In this document: piece after piece, positions 24,611 to 31,860 of the stretch
Layout of the letters: the number at the start of each line of letters is the position of its first letter
Position numbering within the stretch: the stretch's first letter is position 1
IMG/VR virus record: IMGVR_UViG_3300045600_000024
Location: 1-35,156 of that record
Length of the DNA: 35,156 bases
From: a virus
Strand: one strand, 5' to 3'
Position numbers and translations under genes: made by a program
Notes under the pieces: model-generated
Told to the model about the DNA's origin: nothing
Seen by the model: only the letters and a program-made list of their open reading frames with translations
Database searches by the model: none

Positions 24611-25819
24611 ATGGCATGGCGAGCTTGGCTCTGCGACACCATGACGGGACTCGTTGACGTGCCGATTGACCTGTCCACCTTCTCGTGGAGCCTCTCCATC
24701 GGCAACTCAACCCTCGCCACCACGCGCGACAAGGGGACGGGCGACGAGACCGGCACGGGCATGTCCCTGCCGGTGACCGCCTTCCCCGCAGCCGACAAGG
24801 CCGCGCTGTCCCGCATGCTCGCGCCGACGAGACGCGCCCTCGTGCTCTGCTGGGACGATGGCTCGGACATGGGCGTGCCGATCGTGTGGGGCATGATGGG
24901 GGAGACAAAGACGGGCGACGACGTGAGCTTCGACCTCACCTCGCCGCTCGCCCTGATGGGGTCACGCATCGCAGTGCGCGAGGGCGTCTTCGGGGCTGGT
25001 TCAGGCTCCACGAGCACCGACGCGATAAGCTACTCGGGCATGTCTCTGCGCGGGATACTCGCAAGCCTCGGCGAGCTGTGCACGAGCGCCAAGCCGGGAG
25101 GGTCGCTGCCGATAGACTGGCAGTACGTGGGGGAGTCGGGGAGCCACGAGCGAACGTATCCCGCCTACGACGTGGCCAACCTCTCATGGCAGGCCGTCGC
25201 CACCAAGGTAGCCAATGTCAACGGTGGCCCCGACTTCCAGTTTCGCCCAGTCTGGGCGGACTCGCAGCACGTGCGGCTGTCCTTCGAGGCTGGCTCGGAC
25301 TCGGAGCCGTACCTGGCCCAGTCCGGCATCGTCCCCACGCTCACGACCTTCGCCGGAGGCGGCACCATCGAGGACGTGGAGGTTACCAACCTCGCGCCGG
25401 TCATGCGCGTCTACGGCACCGGCTCTGGCTCTGACGCCGCGACCATCTGCCACCTCTCCGAGGATTTGAGCCTTTGCACGCAGGTGGACCCGTGGCCGCT
25501 CATCGAGTCCACAGCGTCAGACTCCGACTGCGACTCCGCAGACCTCGTGCGCTCGCACACGGACGCGGCACTGGCCGCTGGCAAGGTGCCGCTCGTCCAA
25601 ATCACGGGCAAGGTCTCGCTTGCCGATGTGGGCGGCATCACGCTCGGTCAGGTCTGGCCCGGACAGATGGTGGACGTGGATATACGCGACCACCCGTACA
25701 TGCCGGACGGGACCTACCGCATGCGGCTCATGAGCATGGCGGGCGACCAGGGCGACATGGCCACGCTCACCTTCGACCAGATGGCCGACCCGTGGCAGGA
25801 CCCCACGGTCTACCGATGA
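24611..25819 (+). CDS. Minor tail protein (Tal-like baseplate hub candidate)
   Basis: 402 aa; start abuts the upstream stop. Position matches the tail-associated hub. Confidence 0.55.
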   Translation: MAWRAWLCDTMTGLVDVPIDLSTFSWSLSIGNSTLATTRDKGTGDETGTGMSLPVTAFPAADKAALSRMLAPTRRALVLCWDDGSDMGVPIVWGMMGETKTGDDVSFDLTSPLALMGSRIAVREGVFGAGSGSTSTDAISYSGMSLRGILASLGELCTSAKPGGSLPIDWQYVGESGSHERTYPAYDVANLSWQAVATKVANVNGGPDFQFRPVWADSQHVRLSFEAGSDSEPYLAQSGIVPTLTTFAGGGTIEDVEVTNLAPVMRVYGTGSGSDAATICHLSEDLSLCTQVDPWPLIESTASDSDCDSADLVRSHTDAALAAGKVPLVQITGKVSLADVGGITLGQVWPGQMVDVDIRDHPYMPDGTYRMRLMSMAGDQGDMATLTFDQMADPWQDPTVYR

Positions 25820-25832
25820 GAGGGGGGCGCAC

Positions 25833-26663
25833 ATGATACATCGCAAGGCGAGGTCGCTCATGAGCACGGGCGAGGCGATGGCGCGCGTGGCCGCGACGGC
25901 GCTCTCGCAGGCCGCGTCGCAGCAGACGAGGCCCACCGGCTCGACCGTCACGCACAACGCCGACGGCACGCAGACGATCACGGGCCCGGTGCTCGGCACC
26001 GATGCCACGGGCACCTCGGTCACGACCGCCACGCACGTCGGCGACACCACGCCGCCAGGCGTCCCCACGGGCATAGCCGCATGGAGCGGTGACGGCTCGG
26101 TGCACGTATCCTGGGACGGCACGCTCGCGGGCGGCATCCCCGCCGACTTCCACTGCGTAAACATCCTCGTTGGCGGCGCACGAATCGCTCAGCTCGCCAA
26201 GGCGGGGAGCGCGACCTATCTGGATGTCGCCGTCGGTGCCACCGTCTCGGTGACGGCCACGAGCGAGGATGACGTATGTGCCATGGACGGCACCGCCAGG
26301 CACAACGTCTCGGCGCCCTGCGCCGGCATATCCGTCGAAGTGACGGACGTGGCCAAGGACGCCGCGACGGTGACCATCACCTCGACCCATGGCCTCGTCT
26401 TCAAATCGGACAGGATCTCGACCACCTTGCAGGTCTCGGTCTTCCAGCCGGGCGGCAACCGCATAGACGATCAGGCGGGGCTCACGGCCGCATTCGGCGC
26501 GACGGCCCGCATCGAGTGGGGCTGGCAGCGCGAGGACGAGGACGGGTGGTCGGCCATCCTCTCGACGGATGCCCGGCTCAGCAACGACGGCTTCTCCCTC
26601 TCGGTCTCGCCCGCGGACGTGGACGCCCGCACGAGCTTCGAGGCATCGGTAGTGGTGGACTAA
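25833..26663 (+). CDS. Minor tail protein with C-terminal Ig-like module
   Basis: TVTITSTHGLVFKSDRISTTLQVSVFQPGG... parallels LTLVVTSSNGLIFKNSSIATVLTAHVYQAGA in the next gene. Confidence 0.6.
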   Translation: MIHRKARSLMSTGEAMARVAATALSQAASQQTRPTGSTVTHNADGTQTITGPVLGTDATGTSVTTATHVGDTTPPGVPTGIAAWSGDGSVHVSWDGTLAGGIPADFHCVNILVGGARIAQLAKAGSATYLDVAVGATVSVTATSEDDVCAMDGTARHNVSAPCAGISVEVTDVAKDAATVTITSTHGLVFKSDRISTTLQVSVFQPGGNRIDDQAGLTAAFGATARIEWGWQREDEDGWSAILSTDARLSNDGFSLSVSPADVDARTSFEASVVVD

Positions 26664-26687
26664 ATCCATAGACTAGGAGTATGACTA

Positions 26688-27599
26688 ATGACGGTAAAAG
26701 CGGTAAACCAGGCGACCATCGTGGACGTCACGGACGCATACAACGTCCTCCTGACCAACGACTCACACACCTTCGTGGGGTCCACCTCCACCCTCGGGAC
26801 GGCGCAGAGCACCACCACGCAGGTCGTGGCCATGCTGGGGGCAGACCAGGTGGCGGCGAGCGTGACGCTATCGGAGGTCGTCGCCCCCACGGGCGTCACG
26901 GTCACGAAGGACACGGACGCCACGTCCCCGACGCTCACCATCGCGCTCGCGGCCACGGTCGCGGCAGCGGGCACCGTGGACGTCCCCGTGCACGTCGGCA
27001 CGGACATCACCATCCACAAGACATTCAGCTTCTCGATCGCCTTCCGGGGCGCACAAGGCACGACGGGTGCCACCGGTGCCACGGGCAAGGGGATATCCTC
27101 GACCGACGTCACCTACCAGGCGAGCGCGAGCGGCACCACGGCCCCCACGGGCACGTGGTCTGCCACGGTCCCGTCCGTATCCGCAAGCCAGTACCTCTGG
27201 ACCAAGACTGTCATCACCTACAGCGACGCCACGACCTCGACGGCTTACTCTGTCGGCATGATGGGCGCGACGGGCGCGACCGGTGCCACGGGCGCACAGG
27301 GGGCCACCGGGGCACAGGGAGCGACGGGGGCGACCGGTGCGGCGGGCGCCGATGCGCTCACGCTCGTGGTGACCAGCTCCAACGGGCTCATCTTTAAAAA
27401 CTCATCCATCGCCACGGTGCTTACCGCTCACGTCTATCAAGCGGGGGCCGAGGTGACAGGTGCCGCCCTCACCGCGCTCGGGACCATCAAATGGTACAAA
27501 GATGGGTCTTCCACGGCTGCCGCTACTGGCCAAACCTTGACGATTGACGCGGGAGATGTCACAGGCAAGGCAACCTATGTGGCTCAGCTGGAGGGATAG
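26688..27599 (+). CDS. Tail fibre protein with collagen-like Gly-X-Y repeats
   Basis: GAQGTTGATGATGKG and GATGATGATGAQGATGAQGATGATGAAG triplet repeats. WSATVPSVSASQYLWTKTVITYSD motif. Confidence 0.75.
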   Translation: MTVKAVNQATIVDVTDAYNVLLTNDSHTFVGSTSTLGTAQSTTTQVVAMLGADQVAASVTLSEVVAPTGVTVTKDTDATSPTLTIALAATVAAAGTVDVPVHVGTDITIHKTFSFSIAFRGAQGTTGATGATGKGISSTDVTYQASASGTTAPTGTWSATVPSVSASQYLWTKTVITYSDATTSTAYSVGMMGATGATGATGAQGATGAQGATGATGAAGADALTLVVTSSNGLIFKNSSIATVLTAHVYQAGAEVTGAALTALGTIKWYKDGSSTAAATGQTLTIDAGDVTGKATYVAQLEG

Positions 27600-27602
27600 C
27601 CT

Positions 27603-27995
27603 ATGGCTGATTTAATTGTCTCCCGTAGCCAAGCGCAAACAGAAACTGAGGTTGCGTCTTGGACCGTCCCTAGTGACGGTAAGTGGACAATAGCCGCGGA
27701 TCTTACTCTGTCTATGTATCTTAAAGGAGTTGTAAAAAGTGCCATTGCACGAGTACGTGACCCAGACGGGAACATACTTGGCTCTTATATTTTTGGTAAT
27801 GGACAAGAAGGAACAACAACTGATGGGGGAGATAGCACTGATGGTAACAAGTTAGGTGCGTGGTCGCCTGTATTTTATGCAGTAGCTGCTTCCGCTGACG
27901 GCATATTCACACTTACTGTGCAGTCAAATAATGACAAAAGCCCTGATATTTACTCTACGGTTCACACAATCGTGGGGGGGGGCTTCTATGATTAA
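27603..27995 (+). CDS. Hypothetical protein in a low-GC island within the fibre module
   Basis: ORF track; GGAGGG RBS. Visibly AT-richer than the flanks. Ends with GGG from the G9 tract. Confidence 0.6.
   Translation: MADLIVSRSQAQTETEVASWTVPSDGKWTIAADLTLSMYLKGVVKSAIARVRDPDGNILGSYIFGNGQEGTTTDGGDSTDGNKLGAWSPVFYAVAASADGIFTLTVQSNNDKSPDIYSTVHTIVGGGFYD
27974..27982 (+). repeat. G9 homopolymer tract at the junction of two fibre-module genes
   Basis: cgtGGGGGGGGGcttctATG. The tract encodes the terminal Gly residues of 27603..27995 and lies 5 nt upstream of ATG 27988. Confidence 0.95.
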
Positions 27996-29127
27996 GGCCT
28001 CCGGCACCATCACCGTCGCATCCATAAACGACGTCGCCTCCACCGCGCGCTACTACCTGCTGCAGTCCTCAACGCTAGCAACGCCCGCAAAGCCCACGAC
28101 AAGCCCGCCTAGCAGCTCATGGACCACAACCGAGCCCTCCTATACCGAGGGAAGCACCAACAGTCTCTACTTTACAGATGAGACAATCTTCAGCGATGGT
28201 ACCTTTGCATACTCGGATGTGAGCCTGTCGTCGAGCTACGAGGCGGCGAAGGCGGCCTACAACAAGGCGGTCGCCGCTGCGAACGCAGCTGCATCGCTCT
28301 CAAAGCTCATCCGCGAGACCGAGGACGGTGTGGACGTCGGCAAGAGCGCAGACGGCACCACCTACGCCGACGGCACGAGCGTCACGCGGCAGGGGACGGA
28401 CGGGAGCTTCTCCATCCTCAAGATGCTCTCGGGCGTGCTCACGGGCGTTGCGAGGTTCGCGGAGGACGCAATCGATCTCGGGAAGAACAGCATCACCGCC
28501 ACCATCAGGATGTGTGCCGACCACCTACGCATCTACGGCCAGAGCAAGGACGGGAGCAACGACGTCTACATCATGGCGGACGTGGGGGCGGACGAGAGGA
28601 CGCCGTGCTCCGTGGTGCTCGGCCTGGAGGACTTCACGAACGACGCGGCCCTGTCCAACGGCCTGGCCATCCAGCACTTCGTGCCGTCGTCCGGGGACCC
28701 GTACGACCGCATCGGCCTTATGGCGGACAGGTACCTCATCCCCGGCGCGGAGGTGACGGACGTCCGTTTCTCCGACGCCATCCAGCCCGTCGTGCTGTTC
28801 AGCGGGCCGGCGACCACGGGGACGGTCACGCTCACGGAGACGGCGGCGGACTTCGAGTGGATGACCATCTTCTACCACTACGGGGCCATCGCAAGCTCCG
28901 TGACGCTGCACTCGCCGAACGGATGGCAGGCGGGCCTGTACCTGATGTACCTCGACGAGCCCAACCTGTGGGTGAAGACGAGGAGTGTCGCGGTCTCAGG
29001 GACCTCCATCACGAACTCGAACAAGGCCGCCAACTACGCGCTCAACCTGTCGAACGGCCAACCGGCGCTGTACGCGTACTACGCCACTCCCGAGATAATC
29101 ATCGACCGCGTCGAGGGTAGGAGGTGA
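27988..29127 (+). CDS. Distal tail fibre / receptor-binding protein candidate
   Basis: In-frame ATG of ORF 27931..29127. YYLLQSSTLATPAKPTTSPPSSSWTTTEPSYTEGSTNSLYFTDETIFSDGT motif, common in Gram-positive prophage fibres. Last tail gene before the lysis genes. Confidence 0.7.
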   Translation: MIKASGTITVASINDVASTARYYLLQSSTLATPAKPTTSPPSSSWTTTEPSYTEGSTNSLYFTDETIFSDGTFAYSDVSLSSSYEAAKAAYNKAVAAANAAASLSKLIRETEDGVDVGKSADGTTYADGTSVTRQGTDGSFSILKMLSGVLTGVARFAEDAIDLGKNSITATIRMCADHLRIYGQSKDGSNDVYIMADVGADERTPCSVVLGLEDFTNDAALSNGLAIQHFVPSSGDPYDRIGLMADRYLIPGAEVTDVRFSDAIQPVVLFSGPATTGTVTLTETAADFEWMTIFYHYGAIASSVTLHSPNGWQAGLYLMYLDEPNLWVKTRSVAVSGTSITNSNKAANYALNLSNGQPALYAYYATPEIIIDRVEGRR

Positions 29128-29132
29128 GGCCG

Positions 29133-29597
29133 GTGGACATAAGCCCCATCATCCTATCGGTGCTCGAATGGGGAGCAGTCGCCTTGGCTGGCTATACCGT
29201 CAAGAAGATACATGATGTCGTGACCGAGATAAGGAGGTCATACGCGGCCCAGACCGACCAAGCCGATGCCATAGGGAAGCTCACCAAATCCGTCTCGGAC
29301 CTGAGCACGTCGCTCGATGCGGTTCACGACGAGCTGACCGAGGCGAAGTCGGCACGTACCAGGCACGAGAGGCTGTCCGACGCCGCGAACGTCTTCGAGA
29401 TGCGCGACCACCTCCTCCTCGACCATGACAGGCTCGTGGCCAAGGGATGGGCGAGCTACGACGAGCGGCTGCAGTGGCACGCGGCCGATGACATCTACGA
29501 GCAGCTTGTGGCGAGCAGCGGCCAGACCAACGGCGTCATGCAGGACTACGCCGAGGACATAGACGAGCTACCAACTGCACCACCAGAAGCGGCATAG
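29133..29597 (+). CDS. Membrane-anchored coiled-coil protein (lysis-cassette associated)
   Basis: ORF 29124..29597. GTG 29133 lies 9 nt after TAGGAGG. N-terminal TM ISPIILSVLEWGAVALAGYTV. Confidence 0.55.
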   Translation: MDISPIILSVLEWGAVALAGYTVKKIHDVVTEIRRSYAAQTDQADAIGKLTKSVSDLSTSLDAVHDELTEAKSARTRHERLSDAANVFEMRDHLLLDHDRLVAKGWASYDERLQWHAADDIYEQLVASSGQTNGVMQDYAEDIDELPTAPPEAA

Positions 29598-29630
29598 GAC
29601 CGCAGACATCCCAACGAAAGGAAACATCAC

Positions 29631-29969
29631 ATGCAGACCATCATCAACGGAACGGCAATCGTAGTAATCTCGGTAATCCTCCCGTTCGTCGTCTCCCTCT
29701 GCCAGAGCGAGTCGTGGAACGCCCACGTCAAGCAGGCCGTGGCCATCGTCGTCTGCCTCGTCGCGGGCGTGGCCTACGTCATCACGAGCGGGACCCCGCT
29801 CTCCGACATCCCTGCCGTGGCCGTGGCCCTCGTGGGCGGCACGCAGACGGCATACCTGCTCTTCACGGCCATCGGCGTCAAGTCCAAGGTCCTCGACGCG
29901 CTCGCCCGCGTGAAGCTCACCGTGGAGGACAAGTCCGACGACTCGACCTCGACCGGGACGGCGGCATAG
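29631..29969 (+). CDS. Holin candidate (about 3 TM segments, charged C-terminus)
   Basis: 112 aa; hydrophobic stretches AIVVISVILPFVVSL, AVAIVVCLVAGVAYVI and AVAVALVGGTQTAYLLFTAI. Immediately upstream of the endolysin. Confidence 0.65.
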   Translation: MQTIINGTAIVVISVILPFVVSLCQSESWNAHVKQAVAIVVCLVAGVAYVITSGTPLSDIPAVAVALVGGTQTAYLLFTAIGVKSKVLDALARVKLTVEDKSDDSTSTGTAA

Positions 29970-29970
29970 G

Positions 29971-30966
29971 ATGGACCCGACCATCACAAGGCGCTCGCTC
30001 GTGGGCGGCTCTGCCCTTCTCGCGGCCATGCTCTCGATGCCGCGTGGCGCCCTCGCCTCGTCCGGCCTCGACGGCTACGACATATCGGGCCAGCAGGGCT
30101 ACATCGACACGGCGTCCGTGCCCGCGGACTTCGTGATCGTCAAGGCCACGGAGGGGACGACCTACACCAGCGCGTACCTCACGGCACAAGCTCAGGGCGT
30201 GCTCGGCTCGGGCAAGCTGCTGGGGCTCTACCACTACGCGCGGGGCAACACCGTGGCGCACGAGGTGTCCAACTTCCTTGCCGCCGCAGGGCCGTACCTC
30301 GGCCAGGCCGCGCTCTTCCTCGACTGGGAGGGCTACGGCAACAGCCTCTTCGGCTCCGGAGACGATGCCGCGTGGATAGCCGAGTTCTGCGCGGAGGTGA
30401 AGGCTCAGACGGGCGTGACTCCGCTGGTGTACGCGAGCGCGTCCGTGGCCTTCGGCCTCGGGGTTGACGACGCCCACCTGTGGGTGGCGCAGTACGCGAG
30501 CTCCGCGCCCGTCTACGGCTACGAGGCGAGCCCGTGGAACGAGGGGTCGTACTCGTGCGCGGTAAGGCAGTACGCCTCCACGGGCAGGCTCGACGGCTAC
30601 GGCGGCGACCTCGACATGGACAGGTTCTACGGCTCTCGGGCCGACTGGCTCGCGCTCTGCGAGGGCGCGACGATCACTTACCTTACGGAGGACAAAATGG
30701 AATTCATTTGCAACTACAACAAAGAGGGCAGGATGGTCTGGTTCGACGGCACCAAGCTGCACTGGCTGGACGAGCCCGACACCATGACCTCCGTGCAGAT
30801 GGCCTATCAGCTTTGCGAGCAGGCTAAGTCCGCGCGCCCCGGGGAGATTCCGGTCTTCGACTTCGGCGAGGAGGGCGCGCCTTGGGCGTCTCGGTTCGCC
30901 GAGGCCGTCTACGACGGCTCCGAGGAGCTGGACAAGTTCTACGCCGACCACCCGCGAGACCTGTAA
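29971..30966 (+). CDS. GH25 muramidase endolysin with N-terminal Tat/Sec-type signal and unknown C-terminal domain
   Basis: GYDISGQQGYID...FVIVKATEGTTY...GLYHYA...LDWE...LWVAQY is the GH25 pattern. N-terminus MDPTITRRSLVGGSALLAAMLSMPRGALASS. Confidence 0.85.
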   Translation: MDPTITRRSLVGGSALLAAMLSMPRGALASSGLDGYDISGQQGYIDTASVPADFVIVKATEGTTYTSAYLTAQAQGVLGSGKLLGLYHYARGNTVAHEVSNFLAAAGPYLGQAALFLDWEGYGNSLFGSGDDAAWIAEFCAEVKAQTGVTPLVYASASVAFGLGVDDAHLWVAQYASSAPVYGYEASPWNEGSYSCAVRQYASTGRLDGYGGDLDMDRFYGSRADWLALCEGATITYLTEDKMEFICNYNKEGRMVWFDGTKLHWLDEPDTMTSVQMAYQLCEQAKSARPGEIPVFDFGEEGAPWASRFAEAVYDGSEELDKFYADHPRDL

Positions 30967-31130
30967 TGGGCGTCATGGCAATCGCCCGTCTCATCGAGCG
31001 CATCCTTGACTGCCACGAGTCGGCCCGCGCCCCCATCTGCGCCACCTGCCCGCTCGGTGACCTCGGCCCCGACAGGTGCCGCTCTGCGGCCAACGTCGCG
31101 GCTGAGCTGCAGCGTCAGGGCTGGGAGTGA
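30966..31130 (+). CDS. Small hypothetical protein, 54 aa
   Basis: ATG overlaps the lysin TAA. Product MGVMAIARLIERILDCHESARAPICATCPLGDLGPDRCRSAANVAAELQRQGWE. Confidence 0.4.
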   Translation: MGVMAIARLIERILDCHESARAPICATCPLGDLGPDRCRSAANVAAELQRQGWE

Positions 31131-31216
31131 TGGCCGTGGACTGGTGCGCCGTGGCCGTCGCTGCCGTACTGCTGGTGATGGTCGTGGTGCCGCTCGTCTC
31201 GTGGTGGAGACAATGA
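31130..31216 (+). CDS. 28-aa hydrophobic peptide
   Basis: ATG overlaps the upstream TGA. Product MAVDWCAVAVAAVLLVMVVVPLVSWWRQ. Its stop overlaps the next ATG. Confidence 0.35.
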   Translation: MAVDWCAVAVAAVLLVMVVVPLVSWWRQ

Positions 31217-31449
31217 CCCGCGGCGAGCGCATGCGCTGTCCCGTCTGCGGCGAGCTGATGCGCGTCGTGGACTCGTGGCGCAGCGCGGACGGACTGATGC
31301 TGAGCCGCCGGTACCGCTGCCTGACGTGCGACCACAGGCTCACGAGCAAGACAATCTCTGATGCCGTCATGGTCCCGTGCCCACGGACGCCGCACGTCGC
31401 GGGGGAGTGGCACAGGGACGCACGCGGCTGGCATCGGCGCGTGGCGTGA
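31213..31449 (+). CDS. Zinc-ribbon protein (NrdR-N-terminal / Ogr-Delta-like CxxC...CxxC)
   Basis: In-frame ATG of ORF 31006..31449. MRCPVCGELMRVVDSWRSADGLMLSRRYRCLTCDHRLTS. Confidence 0.55.
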   Translation: MTRGERMRCPVCGELMRVVDSWRSADGLMLSRRYRCLTCDHRLTSKTISDAVMVPCPRTPHVAGEWHRDARGWHRRVA

Positions 31450-31473
31450 CGGCTTGATTGGATACAAGACTTG

Positions 31474-31512
31474 GCCCCCGCTTGGCGCTTCGGCGCTGGG
31501 CGGGGGCTTTTT
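31474..31512 (+). terminator. Rho-independent terminator ending the late/lysis operon
   Basis: GCCCCCGC...(inner GCGC-TTCG-GCGC)...GCGGGGGC followed by TTTTT. Confidence 0.8.
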
Positions 31513-31860
31513 CTGCGTTCGCGACAATTTTGTTGGCCCCGACAAATTCGCAGGTAGACGGCTTGACACGAGGCTGTTAGCGGCCCGCAAATCGTCGCGG
31601 TGGACTACTGTGCCGGTGATTCGTGGAGATATCCATCCCCCGAGCGGCAAGGCCGCGCGATGGCGATTCCGCGTCCCTAGCGCGTCCCTAATCGCCGAAA
31701 TAGCTGGGTTTATGGGACTTGTCGGACGTATACCCGCTGGTACTGGACTTGCGTGTACTACTCGGAGAACCAAGAGAGTTTCCGTCGTACTCGGACTGAT
31801 GGCAAAGCGGCAGGTAAACTGGCTGCATAATCTTCTCACGTCCCCAATCGTCCCTAATAT
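31513..31860. other. Putative attP region with arm-type repeats
   Basis: Non-coding stretch between the operon terminator and the int 3' end. GCGTCCCTA twice (31671, 31682). CGTCCCCAAT/CGTCCCTAAT (31839, 31849). GTACT(C)GGACT-like repeats at 31739-31796. Confidence 0.45.

Noticed and set aside
26688-29127. Possibility of a diversity-generating retroelement or an invertible shufflon acting on the fibre genes.
   Set aside because: There is no reverse transcriptase, no template/variable repeat pair, no invertase, and no long inverted repeats flanking the fibre genes. Only the G9 tract and the collagen-like repeats are present.
31513-31853. Search for a tRNA gene or tRNA 3' fragment as an integration-core signature. 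Also the 64-aa minus ORF 31688..31882 and the 191-aa plus ORF 31361..31936.
   Set aside because: I found no T-loop (GTTCGAATC-like) or acceptor-stem pattern. The ORFs lack an RBS, overlap the terminator or the int end, and have implausible composition.
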